A stretch of DNA of 64,000 nucleotides from Mobula hypostoma (taxonomy: Eukaryota), in contig NC_086097.1 of the NCBI RefSeq assembly GCF_963921235.1, positions 216,692,001 through 216,756,000 on the forward strand, given 5' to 3'. Shown here in pieces: positions 37,920-51,369 of the stretch (within the stretch, counting starts at the first letter, position 1; every line of letters starts with the position of its first letter). A program made the translations under genes and the position numbers. The notes under the pieces are model-generated. The model was given only the letters and a program-made list of their open reading frames with translations, was not told the DNA's origin and ran no database searches.

Positions 37920-40600
37920 ATGAATAAGAAATATTAATCTGTCTAGTCCTCCACCCAGACCATGGCCCTTCATATCAGTCCTATATTACCTATCCAAACT
38001 TCTCTTAAAATGTTGAAGTTGAACCAGCATCTATCTACCACTTGCAGTGGCAGCTCATTCCACAATCTCACCTCTGAGTGAAGCAGTTCCTCTTCTGTTC
38101 CCCTTAAACATTTCACCTTTCACCCTTAACCCACGGCTTCTAACTCTAGTCTCACCCAACCTCAGACAATTAACTGCAAACAGGCTTTTTTCCAATCAAT
38201 ACCCTTCAATTTTGTATATCTCTATCAAATCTCCCCTCAATTTTCTATGTTAAAAAGTCCAAACCTATTCAATCTCAAGTCCTCAAGTCCCAGCAACATC
38301 CTTGTAAATTTTCTCTGTACTCTTTCAGTCTTATTTACATCTTTCCAGTAGGTAGGTGACCAGTCTGGAAATAATATTCCAAAATAGGCATCACCAAAGT
38401 TTTACAATTTCAACATAACATCCCAAATCCTGTACTCAATACATTGATATACAAAAGCCAATGTGCCAAAAGCTTTCTTTACAACCGTATCAACCTGTGA
38501 TGTCACTTTCAAGGAATTATTGATCTGTATTGCCAGATCCCTCTGTTCTAAGCACTCCTCAGTGCCCTATCACTCACCATCTAAGACCTATCCTAGTTGG
38601 TACTCCCAAAGTGCAACACCCCACAGTTGTCTGCATTAAATTCCATCTGTCAGTTTTCAGCCCATTTTTCCAGCTGGTCCAGATCCCACTGTTAGCTTTG
38701 ATAGTGTTCCTCTCCATTTACTACAACCCCAATCTTGGCCTCACACACCAATTTGCTGATCTAATTTACTATATCATCCAGATCATCGATATAGATAATA
38801 AACAACAACAGACACAACACCGAATCCTATGTCACACCATTGGTCCCAGGCCTCCAGTCAAAGGCAATCATCTACTATCACTCACTGGTTTCTCCTATGA
38901 AGTCAATGTCTTACCCAATTTACTTTGTCAACTTGAATGCCAAGAGTGAACCTTCTTGACCAACCTCCAATTAGAACCTTATCAAAGGCCTTGCTGAAGC
39001 TAATGTAGATAACATCCACGGCTTTGACTTCATCATTTTTTCTAGTAACTTCCTCAAAAAACTCTGTAAGATTCGTTAGACCTGACCTGCCCCTGAAACG
39101 TCGACTGCACCTCTTCCTATAGATGCTGCTTGGCCTGCTGCGTTCACCAGCAACTTTGATGTATGTTGCTTGAATTTCCAGCATCTGCAGAATTCCTGTT
39201 GTTTGACTTATTTCTAATCAGTTTCCATCTATCCAAATACTTATATATCCTGTTCCTCAGAATACCTTCCAATAACTTTCCCACTACTGATGTCAGGCTC
39301 ACTGGCCTATAATTCCCTGATTTATCCTTTGAGCATTTCTTAAACATGGAACAACATCAGCTATCCTCCAATCCTCCAGCACCTCATCTGTGGCCAAGCT
39401 GGTTTTAAATATCTCTGTTAGGGCCCCTGCAATTTCTGAACTACCTTCCCATTGGATCCTAGGAAAAACCTTTTCTGGCCCTGGCAATTTATCCTCCCTA
39501 ATCTGCCTCAAGATAGCAAACTGTATTGATTATAGGGTCCATGACCTCACTGCTGCATTGCCTCACATCTACAGACTCTGTGCCCATCTGAAGCCCTCCC
39601 TCCTGGAACAACTACTTAGCCACATATTAAACTGTACAGAGCTTCTGATTTCTGGCTTCATTAGCACATGGGATGGATAGCAATACTGAAATCGCAACCT
39701 TGAAGGCTCTGTCCTTTAATTTAACACCTAACTGCCTGAACTCACTTTGCAGGACCTCATCACCCCTCCTACTCAAGTCATTGGTACCAAGGTGGACCAT
39801 GACCTCTGGCTAATCACCCTCCCACTTAATAATGCTATGGACTCAATCCAAGGTATCCCTGATCCTGAGACCCTGGAAGAATCAATTCATCCAGGAATCA
39901 TCCACAGAACCTCCTTCTGTTCCCCTAACCAATGAATTCCCTATCACTACAACTCACCTGTTCTCCCTCTTTCCCTACTGAGCCACAGAGCCAAAGACCA
40001 TGTGGCTTTCCTCCGTTAGGTCAATTCCACCCCCAACATTATCCATAGAGTTATTGAGGGAAACAGCCACAGGGGTACTTTATGCTGGCTGCTTATTCCC
40101 TTTCCCCCTCCTGCTAGTCACCCAATACCCTGTGTCTTATACCTTTGTACAAGTACCTCCCTGTAGGTCCTGTCCATCAACCCCTCAGCTTCCTGAATGA
40201 TCCAGAGTTCACCCAAGAAGCTGAAGCTAGATGCACTTCTTGCAGGTGTAATCATCAGGGACACTGGCGGTCTTCCTGTCTTTCCACATATCGCAAGAGG
40301 AGCATTCCACTATCCTGCCTGGCATTCCCACTGCTCCAAGTGTGCAATAAAAAGAAAGAAAGAATAAATAATGAAAACAAAAATGTACTCATGACCTAGC
40401 CTCTCCTTGCCAAAACCTTAACTCCCCACTCCAACACTGGCCCACTCACACAATGGCCGCTCCACTTCAATCTGAATTATTTTCATTTGATCTTGCTGAG
40501 TGTCTAATGATGCACAATCCAACATCTCTGCAAGACTGTGATGCGTAAAATGCGCTGACTACCCCGTTTACTTCTTTTAAACCCTCTTCTCCCGAGCAAT
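37920..40600 (-). mobile_element. CR1 LINE with internal deletions, including likely ORF1 remnants
   Basis: GNYRPVSLTSVVGKLLE, LTNLTEFFEEVT, FSKAFDKV motifs. The upstream region near 39640-40330 resembles CR1 ORF1. Confidence 0.8.
39092..39205 (+). mobile_element. Penelope tail-only insertion (~115 bp) inside CR1
   Basis: Starts at cctgaaacgtcgact (3' half of the hammerhead) and runs to gcagaattcctgttgttt. Confidence 0.8.
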
Positions 40601-43600
40601 CAGGTGTCTCCTCAGGATTGTGGCGTACAAAATGAACAGGCCATGAACACTACCTCATTATTATTTTCCTTTTTGTACTATTTATATTGTAATTGAAATA
40701 ACTTTATGCCTTTCCACTTTACTGCCGTCACAAAACAATACATTGCACATCATACGAGACAGTGATAATAAACCAGATTCAGAGTCTCTCCTTTACTTGC
40801 CAGTAAGAAGCATGCAAAGGAAATCACTTAAGTTCAGGGTCAGAAAGGATGGTTAAGGATTGAGACCAATCTGAACAGATAGATCAGGGCAAAGTCCAGC
40901 TGGCCATGGATCAATATAGATGAAATCATCTTGTAGTGAGGAGTGATACTAACACGAGATAAAATAGTTTGTTGTCAAATGTATTCAAGGACACACATGT
41001 CAAGAACAGCACTACTTTGAAATGTTCCTACCAGAAACTGCTGACAACCTCAGTCCTTGATAGATTTGCCATCATTCTTTGTATTTTGGACCACAGATGC
41101 TTTTGACAACACTACAGAATTTATACTTGTTATCTGCAAGCTGGTAGACCAGAATATAACTACGACACTAAAAGAAGTCACCGTTCAGATATCAGATCCA
41201 TAATGATAGAAGAAACTTGTAGCCTATGTTCTGCCACATGCCTATCAACACCCTTAATTATCTTTAAAAGCGGATAGATGAAAATAAATTTAAAGTATGC
41301 AATAAATCTACTACCACACCTTTGCAACCTAGAAATAAAGGAAGCATCAGAAGAAAGCCATACAGGCACAATGAAAAATAGCCAACTTCACAGTCAGCAT
41401 CTAAGATCAACACTGAACCTATGTCATTGATTTATAGAACATCAGATTAAGATTAATTTATCACATGTACCTCTACAGTAAAGATACAATGTTAACAACC
41501 AGCACACTCAAAGGATATGCAGCCCGAAAGCATCAGTACACATTCTGGGGCCAATTTAGGATGCCCATAATGCTCTAAGTAATACAAGCAGCAAACAAAA
41601 AACAAAAGTACAGAAAAAAAAGTACCTCTTCCATCCCACCAACCCAACCATACAGACAGGCCTCCTCCAAGCCTCCACTCCTTGTCCCCGGAATCTCAGA
41701 CTCTTAAACATCAGGACTCCAAATTCAGACTTCACCAAACTACTCAATAATTACTGGTTTGAACTCCCAGCCAGTCACAGACCTCCAATCCCAGTGACCC
41801 AGGCACTTGTGACTCTTTCGGGCCTCTACCTTCGGTCTTTGACCTTCAGACTTTTACCTCTGGGGTTACCATGCTCTGGATTTCAACTGTTAGCTTTGCT
41901 GTCTGGAATACATTGGGTTTAACCTTTCATACCTCAGCCCCCTCAACACAGAGAGCCATTCAGCTCATTTTGTCCACACCAAAACTAATTCCAATCCAAA
42001 GCACATCGCCAGAGCCACCATGGAGTGGCTTTAAGTGAAGAAAATTGATGTTCTTGAGTAGCCCAGTCAGAGTCCTAACCTTGATCCGACTGAACATTTC
42101 TGACAAGACCTCAAGATTGCTGTCACCGCTGCTCCCCAACTAACCTGGAGCTGCTTGAGCAATTTTACAAGGAGGAATGGGCAAATCTTGCTCCATCACA
42201 TTGTGTAAAGTTAATAGAGACTTATCCAAAAAGACTACTGGCTGTAATAGCTGCTTCAACTAAGTACTAAGCAAAATGGGATGAATACATCTCAGTTTTT
42301 GAATTTTTAGTTTTTCATGTTTAAGAATTAGTCATGTTTTTTGAGCACTACTGTGAAAAAAGGAACACAAGATTCACAAATAAAAATTCTCAGTTAAATT
42401 GATCAAAATCCCTGGTGGTAATACACATATATGAGTCATTTTATAATTGGGGGTACATTTCATGTCCATTGATGATAATATTTTTCTATTTTCTTCAAAA
42501 ATATCACATTTTACCAATTAAGGGAAAGCATATTATAAAATCAGACACACATTTTGTGCACACTATATTTCATTTAGCTTGAAATTGTCATGATGTTCCT
42601 AAATTGACAGTTTTTGCAATGTCCATTTTTCAATTGAGTGGGTCTTGGCCTCAAAATAGTGATTAAAAACCATTAAAGTTAGCATTATCTATTTGTTATT
42701 TATTTTAAAATTCTAAATACTTTAGAAAAATACAATCTTTAAAATTGAATTTCACATTTAAATGAAATAAATATCTCAAGTTTATTAATGTCCGTAAGAA
42801 TTCTGTCAACTATGTTACTAACAGAACACCCCCAGTAACTAAAAAATGGTTTGTCCTAAAACCATGTGACCAGCATCACAGGATGTCAATTCTCTCAATG
42901 GCAGCCATTTTGAATATATTCTGGAGAGTGTCCTCTCAGTTTTAAAAATATTTTATCTGTAATAGCACATTGTCAAGGAGTATATTAATTGACCATCAAC
43001 TATGTTATGGTACATGTTATGGTTTACAATTCTTTTATGATTTTAATTCAAATATATGTTGAAATTTAAGGTTAACCTGATAAAGAAAGTGACATGTGGT
43101 CAGCTATGCAAGGCCTACCATTGAAATTATGGGCTAAAAATAGGGAAATTGTCAACTAAGTTACCCAGTAGGGCCAACTCATAAGTAACGTAGTTGACGT
43201 GACCCTACTGGGTAACATTGTTCACTGATGATATTGGATCAGTTGCCATAGGTCAGTATATTTTGTCATAGGCCTGTATGTGCCAGAGAAGACTGAGGAT
43301 TAAAGGGATATTTGCCAATGATTTTAAACAGATGTCAGCAGCTGAGAAACAGCGGAGATACAGGGCTCGGCGGGATGCTGATCCTGCAAGAAGGTCAGCA
43401 TACTTGGAGAAGCAGAGAGAGGCATGGCACAGGCTTAGAGCACAAGGCAAGGTCAAATCAGTGACAGAGATGAGTGAGAGACAAAAAAGAAGCAAGAGGG
43501 CCTATTGGAGGAAAGCACAGCAAAGAAGCAGAGAAAGAAAGCGCCGGCTTGAGAATATGCCAAGTAGTCTGCCAGTGGTGCCCTCGACTATGTGGATCCA

Positions 43601-44430
43601 CCAGGTAGTCACAGTGGCACCAGGAGAAATCACATACCGAGATGTAAGCTGCCCTTGCACCGCCAAATAAAGTTTTGAGTGTCAGTGTGACAACACTAAT
43701 AACTTTAGGTTTGAAGTTCAGCAAAAAACCCCTGCTCTGCCTCAAGCACGCAAGAGCAAGGTGACGAAATCCACTGGGGTCCTCACTTGGTTGACCAGTG
43801 GTGTGCTCTGAAATACGATGGTAAAATTTACCCAGGAGTCATTCAGTAAGTCACTGAGACACATGTGCATGCACCACACAGGAGTCAACCGTTTCTTCTG
43901 GCCACTAAGAGATGATGTGCTGTGTTACCTGTTTGAGGACATTGTGAGGATGCTTCCTCCTCCAAAGCCAGTGACACGTCGCATCGAAATCAATGAAGAT
44001 ATCTGGTTTACTTTCTAAAAAGGTCCAACTGAATGTTGCCTCCAAAGCCAGTGACATCGCGTCATGTCAAAATCGATATAGATATCTGGTCTAGTTTCTA
44101 AATGGTCCAACTGAATGTTGCAGTTAATACTATTCTGTTAAATATTGATTTTACTGTACTATTTTTAGGTTAGGCTTCACTTGGACCCCTGCTGCCGCAA
44201 TTGTTTTAAAAAAGCATTACTTAAAAAAAAGTTATCTTCTATCATTCACCAGTTAGTCAAACCAAAGCTTGTTCCTCTACTACGTTTGTTTTTTTGCCTC
44301 ACGTCTGTCAAATTTCCAAATGTCAATGTAAAATATAATATAAACTGTTTTGTATGAATTTTGTTAGTCAACATTTAACTCTGATTAAATGTGCGAATTG
44401 AAAGCACTTGTTTGAACCCTTCACCAGTTA

Positions 44431-46062
44431 TAAGTGTCCCCCGCTTTTCGAATGTTTGCTTTACGAAACCTCACTGTTATGAAAGACCTACATTAGTTAC
44501 CCGTTTTCACTAACAGAAGGTGTTTTCACTGTTATGAAAAAAAAGCAGCGTGCGATAAAAGGCAGCGCGCGGCCCGAGCAGCCGCTCTTCCCCGGATTCG
44601 GAACTGCATTCTCACCAGCATTGCTTAAACACATGCCTGTGAACAGCCGTCAGCAAGATGAGTTCTAAGGTATCAGAAAAGCCTGAGAGAGCTCGTAAGG
44701 GTGTTACACTTAGCGTAAAACTAGACATAATTAAGCGTTTCAATCGTGGTGAACGAAGCAAAGACAAAGTGAGTTTGGCTTGTGGAAGTTGACGAAGATG
44801 GCATTGAAGAGGTTTTGGCATCCCATGACCAAGAACTGATAAATGAACAGCTGATGCAATTGGAAGAGGAAAGGATAACAATCAAAACTGAATGCAGTAG
44901 CAAATGGACCGAAAGTGAAGTCATCCAGGAACTGAATGTGAAGCAACTGCGTGAGATTTTCACTGCAATGATAAAATACGACTTTAATTTTGAAAGGCTA
45001 CGTCGGTTTAGGGCATATTTGCCGGATGGTTTGAGTGCTTACAAAGAACTGTATGATCTAAAACTGCGCGAGGCTCAGCAGTCAAGCAAGCCTTCCACAT
45101 CAGCCACAGCAGACGACGAACCTCGACCTTCGACATCGAGGCGGGTGGACATAGAAGAAGATGATCTGCCTGCCCTCATGGAAACAAACGAGGAGACAAC
45201 ACCCCAGTGTCCCACCACTCCGGACCGTGGAAAGATACCGATCCGCGGAGAATGCAGTGGTAGCCGGGACGCACCCAGCACATCTTTAAGAAAAAAAGCT
45301 GAAATAAACAAGCTAATTAATTAGATGCCGCCCGGCCCATAAATGTCAGCCTAGATCAGAGGCAATTGCCGACTGCGTCACCTCTGATCTGGGCCGATAT
45401 TTACATGCCGGGTGGCACCTAATTAATTAGCTTGTTTGTTTCGGCTTTTTTCTTAAAGATGTGCTGGGTGCATCCCGGCCACCGCTGGACCCCTGCATGC
45501 TTCGTGGATTGGTATCAGTATCAGTTCGCTGCCCGGAGGGTGGCACCCCAACCTCCGACGACTCAGCCTAACACACCATCATCAGTGTGCTCAGCTCTGT
45601 CTTCCCAATTCCAGTAAGTAATACTACACTGTACATACATTATTTCTACTTTATATCGGCTGTGTATTTTTACGTGTTACTTAGTATGATTTGGCAGCTT
45701 CATAGCTTAAAGGTTACTGGAGAGTGCTTGTGCTGTGTTTTTGCCGAGAGCGCTTGCGCCGTGTTTCTGCCAAAAGCGCTTGCGTGAGGTTTTCACTACG
45801 AGAACAGTGCGGCAATGATTGTGGAAAAGTATTTCTACTTTATATAGGCTGTGTATTCATTATATCATTCCTGCTTTTACTATATGTTACTGTTATTTTA
45901 GGTTTATGTGTTACTTGGCATGATTTGGTAGGTTATTTTTGGGTCTGCCAACGCTCACAAAATTTTCCCATATAAATGGTAATTGCTTCTTCGCTTTACA
46001 ACATCCCGGCTTATGAACCGTTTCATAGGAACGCTCTACCTTCAGATGGCGGGGGAAACCTG
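44431..46062 (+). mobile_element. Tigger/pogo deletion derivative, same family as 1325-2661
   Basis: TA-flanked TIRs and near-identical subterminal sequence to copy 1. About 35 N-terminal codons are joined to the C-terminal region (ORF 44782-45324). Confidence 0.88.
45205..45545. mobile_element. Palindromic hAT-type MITE nested in Tigger
   Basis: ~130-bp inverted arms (45234-45362 / 45381-45516) with decayed cagtggtcccc-like ends. Confidence 0.7.
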
Positions 46063-47179
46063 TACTGGTCAATAGGAATGTTTTATTCACACTGTAGGAA
46101 AGCTTGTTCCTCTACTATGTGTTTGTTTTAAGTAAATGAAAATGTATTGTATTCTGTTTTCTTTTAATTAATCATCATTGAATTCTGATTCTATGAATTG
46201 AAAGTTTCAATTGAATGGCACTTATGCCTTGAAATAAACACTGCGCTAATGGTTAATAATTATGTCCAGTCAACTATATTATTTGTGTCAACTATGTGAC
46301 TTTCATTGTCAACTATGTTACACCTGATTTTTTAACATTTAAACTAAAATGCTGCTTCTGATATCCTTCAAGGTATATCGTACATCTACACAGGTTGGAG
46401 TTTTGCATAACATCTCTTAAAACTATCAAAATGACCTGTAATTTATGATTTTAAAAAACTCCTGACCTTAATGACAGTGCTGAGCATATCACATTTATAT
46501 CTGCAAAATATTAAATTCTTAAAACTTTTAAAAAATCATTGTACATATGGCAGAATAGACACAAGAACTCCTAAAAATGTATGTTACCTAACGTAAAGCA
46601 TTTAGTCAAAGTCTGTAATGGCATAGTTTGTCCATAACATAGTTGACAAACTAATTAGCAAAAATATCCTTTCCCTTAAGATATCAAAAAAGTTGTTAAT
46701 GCTTAAGCTTTGCAACTAGTGGATATATTACACTGAAGGAATATTTTAACTTAAACCACTGACTGTTTTATTGAGAAAGCACATTACTTTTGTACTTCTT
46801 TGTTTATGTGAAATGTACCCCTAATTACAGAATGACTCATATGCGAACAAATGATTGGGGGCCTACAAGGCAGTACATGTGGATATTCAGAAGGCCATTT
46901 TTTAAAAATATATTGAAGCTCTGAAGGCACAGGAGAGTCTGGAAAGGACTTGAGAATGGTTCCTGGGATTTGGTCTACAATTACAAGGATAGAAGCTGTG
47001 ACTGTTTTCCTTAGAGAAATGAAGGCTGAGGGGAGATTTGATAAAATAATATAAAATGATGACAGGTTTGCACAGTGCTGACGGCTGATTCTTGTTGGAG
47101 GAGAAATCAAAAGATCAGAGGTTACAAGAACAAAATAATGGGGAAGAGAATTATAACAACACAAGTCAAAACATCTGAT

Positions 47180-48050
47180 GACATCTTCAGCATACTTTAC
47201 ACTAGCAATGGGTATTAGATTTACACCAGTTGGTGTTGAGACCAAGAAGTTCCACTTCAGTCTCATAGGACCACAAGACCTCACATCTTTACAGTATCTT
47301 CTAAGCGATGCTTTGTCAAGTCTTTGCAGGTGAGGATATGCTTTTTTTAAAGCCAGGGATTCTTCCTTGCCACTCTTCTTGTGCAAGGCCTTAGAGACTG
47401 TGGAGCCATGACATAAATCTCCAGTTGCAGCCACTGACTTCTGCAGTTCAGAGTGACTGTTGACATCACAGTAGCCTCTCTTACAAGTGCCATTTTTCTG
47501 CATTGTTTAAGTTTAGAGGGACCTCCTGAACCAAGCAGTGTGCTTGTGCTTTCATACTTTTCCTATTTTTTCCATGATGGACAGCAAGGTATGTTCAGCA
47601 TCTTCGAGATGATCTTTTACTCTTCCCTATATTTGTGCTTCCATATTGTAATTTCCATAACTTGTCTTGATGCTCTTTTGTCTTCATTTTGGTTTGGTCT
47701 GTTGAAAATCTACCATACTGCTGAACCTTAGAGCAAGAGGGGGTATTTATTCAGGTGATCCTCCAATCTTCTAAATCAACAAATTGGGTGAGTCGGAAAG
47801 TTAACATACATTATTACACCCAAGGAAAGTTAGCCTAGAAATTACAAAGGGAATGAATACTTTTTCAGCCTCACAATTTTTAGTAAACTGTTGACAGGGT
47901 TTGGAATTTTTCTTTTGATTTCACAGGACGCTCAATGTTTTGTAGATTAGCTAAAAAAACCTACTCCTGCTCCAATACATTATAAATTTTGAAAATGGTA
48001 CAATAAAATGTGAAAATAGTTGGGGGGGCTGAATACTTTTTCAAGGCACT
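47180..48050 (-). mobile_element. Tc1 transposon 5' half
   Basis: TIR gtgccttgaaaaagtattcagcccccc and decayed transposase N-half (ELQKSVAATG...STVSKALHK...WSYETEVELLG...ASVKY). Confidence 0.8.
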
Positions 48051-50450
48051 CTATCCCATCATTAGCATCAGGTTAATTTAGTACAACACATTCTTAACAT
48101 GAGCTGATTTGCATTAGTTCTTTCACTTTCCTCCATATACCATCATACCTTCCCCATCCGGTTCACCCACTACCTACCAGCTCTATCCCACTCCACTACA
48201 CATTGATATACTGGTATCTTTCCTGTTTCATGCAGACCTGATGCAGGCTCTTGATTTATACAAGGTCTCCACAGACACTGCTTGACCCCGTGAGCATCTC
48301 CGTTTTGGAAATTGTGTAGGATTAGTATAAATGATGTCTGTTGTGGACCTACTGGGCCAAAGGACTCATTTCTGTCTGTCCATCTGTCCTCGTTTTTCTC
48401 TCTCTTTCTCGCTCTCGCTCTATGACTATTAATTCCGCACTGGATCAACGTTTCCAAGTTTTCAACCACCGAGGTTAAACCAACTGTGTTCAAGGGTAAG
48501 CTGCTTCGCAGTGAGCTTGACCAGGTCCATTTCAGATGCTGGAAGTTACAGTAATAACAGATACTCAAAGAGATTCGGAATTGGCTTTCACTACACATTC
48601 AGCTATTACTAACTAGAATTGACTCCAGCAATTTTGTATGTTACTCTATTTTTCCAGCATCTGCAAAATCTCGTATTTATAATTACCAATACAAATTTCC
48701 ATAATGTGGAATAATTGGCATCTCAATATGAAAATAAAACCAGAAACTAATTGGTGCAGAAAATTAATTAGGTTACACAAATTTTGTATGCATTCATTTA
48801 TTTAAAAGCAGATGCCCAGCACCATTACTTCAGTCAATAATCCAAAGTACTTTCAACGGTAGAAATGTATGGCAAAGAAAAACATAATGGCAGAAGTTTT
48901 TTTAAATATTAAAATCACAAAGTATTTTCCTGCTGAAATAAATCTAAAGGTTTTCGACAAGAATAGGTTCTTTCGTGAACAGTCCATTTACTGTCCAAAA
49001 GTACTTAGCACAGCAAAATTTTGTTACTAACATTAGACATTATTCTTTAAGCTCTACATTGGAATACAAAACCCCCAAAACTGACACACATCCCTCATAA
49101 ACAACCATCATATTAGCTGCATGTCTGGAACTCAATTTTTTGCAATTTTCATGAACTAAAATTACCCTGTAGTATTAAAGATAAGCAGAGGAATCTAACA
49201 TGTATACTGCAATAACTTCAACCAAAATCTCACATTTATTTTGTTATTTAACAAACACTACATGCCCTCTACTGGAACAAATAGCATTCTTAAAATTTTC
49301 ATGCTGGAATTTTTCAGTACATTTACTCAAGCACAACATACAGTATGACTGAGTGCAAAAAGGCCTGCAACAAACATAGAAATTGTGCAAAGTTGAAAAT
49401 ATTTTATGAGGGCATGCATAACACAAGAAAATAAACAGAAAACAATAAAACTACATTTCCAGCCTTGTTGTGAAACTAATTTTAAAGGAAAAGCGTTTTG
49501 ACATGAATGAATTTTTCATGCATTTGTTACAAGCCTTTTTTTTACATAAAAGGCCATTAACAAAATAAATGAAGAAATTATTTGAAATTATTAACTGAGT
49601 AGTTTTACTTGATTTAGATTAGTGACCAAAAGTATGCAGACTGTCCAGATTAAGCTCCATCTGCCATTTCTTACGCATTGCCAGCTGATCTATATCCTGT
49701 TGTATTCCTTTCACAACCTTCGTGACCATTTACAACTTTGCCAGTTTTTATGTCATCAAACCACTTTCACTTATATTGCAAACAGAGGACCCAGCATCAA
49801 TCCTTGCTGAACACCACCACAGATCTCCAATGAGTGGGAGATTGCACAGGTTTAATCAATTCTATGATATCAATACTGAAAGGCACTAAAATAGAAGTGC
49901 ATGAAGGGTAAAGCAAAATGCAACAACTACATTCTTGAAATAAACCTGGAGATAATGGCTTGAAACAACTGACAAGAATCAGTAAATTAAAAAAAAGCTG
50001 AAATAAAAATGGCAGAGCATGGATGTTAATCTGTTAACATAACTATATTTTTTAAATTAGTTTTAGAGATGTAAATGGATAATAAATTTCACTATCTTCT
50101 CCAAATTTAGTTTAAGAATGTACTGTAGTTCTTACATTTTGCTCTACACTTCATGCGCCTCTATTTTAGTACCTTTAGTGCTTGGTTATGTGAAATCACA
50201 AGCACCAGTTTTGAATATTACTCAAGTACAGTAAAAATAATACACTGGCTCTGAAAAGCAATTTTTCATAACAGTCAAACCATTTTACAAAAATACGTTC
50301 ATACAGAAGGTTACTGGACGGGGTTGAAAAAAATGCTGACTGTTGAACTACTTAAATACACATGGCACTTACGTTTTAAATATGATTGAAATACTAAGTA
50401 ATATCAAAAATTTTGGCATCATTCTGTCACAGCATTGGCTTAATATATTT

Positions 50451-51078
50451 TATGATATAATTATGAAGACACGTAGTCCTCTTTTATTGTCATTTAGTAA
50501 TGCATGCATTAAGAAATGATACATTATTTCCTCTGGTGTGATATCACAAAACACAGGACAAAGCAAGACTGAAAAAACTGACAAAACCACATAATTATAA
50601 CATATAGTTACAAACAATGTAACAATACCATAACTTGATGAAGAAGTCCGTGAGCACAGTAAAGTTCAAAGTTTCTCAAATGTTCCACATCTCATGCAGA
50701 CGGGAGAAGGAAGAAAAACTCTCCCTGCCATGCCGACCACAATCCGACTCTGTGATCTGAAAACTTCGAGCTCTGATCAGCTCTCCGACACCAAGTACTG
50801 AGCGCCATCTCTGCCCGAACGATTCGACCTCCTTCTCGGTCGCCAAAAGCAGGCAAGGCCGGGAATTTTGAGGCCTACCCTCCAAAAGATTCCCGACCAC
50901 ACAGTAACGACAGCAGCGAATGGGCGTTTCAGAAATTTCTCCAGATGTTCTTCTGTGCTTTCACGTCCATTCTCCATCAAATCAGAATTGTCCACGGCCC
51001 CTATTTAACAGATACGATATCATTTTTCACTGGAGGGCTGCGCATATGCAGGCGTGCCGCCATCTTCTCCTCCCGCCG
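50451..51078 (-). mobile_element. ~630-bp non-coding LINE-dependent short element, copy 2
   Basis: Same 5' aagatggcg start and 3' tail as copy 1. Confidence 0.75.
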
Positions 51079-51369
51079 TAAAATCAATTACATGATTTAA
51101 AAATCAATTATATGATTATGGTCTAGCTTCATAAAATATGCTTCATTTTATACTTTGCTCCAAGAGGGTGCAGAGAGCAGAAAAGACAATGAAAGAATGA
51201 GCTACAGACTAGATGTCAGGAAAACACCAAAATTCAGTATGAAGGAATTGATTCCAGGGTACTTAAAAACAAATGATTAGGCACAGTAAACCATTTTTAA
51301 ATATTATCACAAACCCGTTAAAAGCTTGAGAGTGTAACTACCAAGCTAAATTAGGGGTATGGGTTGACC

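Larger units (their letters stand above)
42433..46838 (+). mobile_element. Sola2-like DNA transposon, internally deleted
   Basis: 30-bp TIRs gagtcattttataattgggggtacatttca (27/30 match), GAG...CTC termini, 4-bp flanks ATAT. ORF 43278-43670 fuses a basic N-terminus to STMWIHQV...YRDVSCPC, then KYDGKIYPGVI...NRFFWP.RDD. Confidence 0.75.
41990..46876 (+). mobile_element. Tc1 transposon 3' half (41990-42432 plus 46839-46876), interrupted by the Sola2-like element
   Basis: PKHIARATMEWL...VLE.PSQSPNLDPTEH...EEWANL...KLIETYPKRL.AVIA, followed by a decayed TIR ending aaggcagta. Confidence 0.75.
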
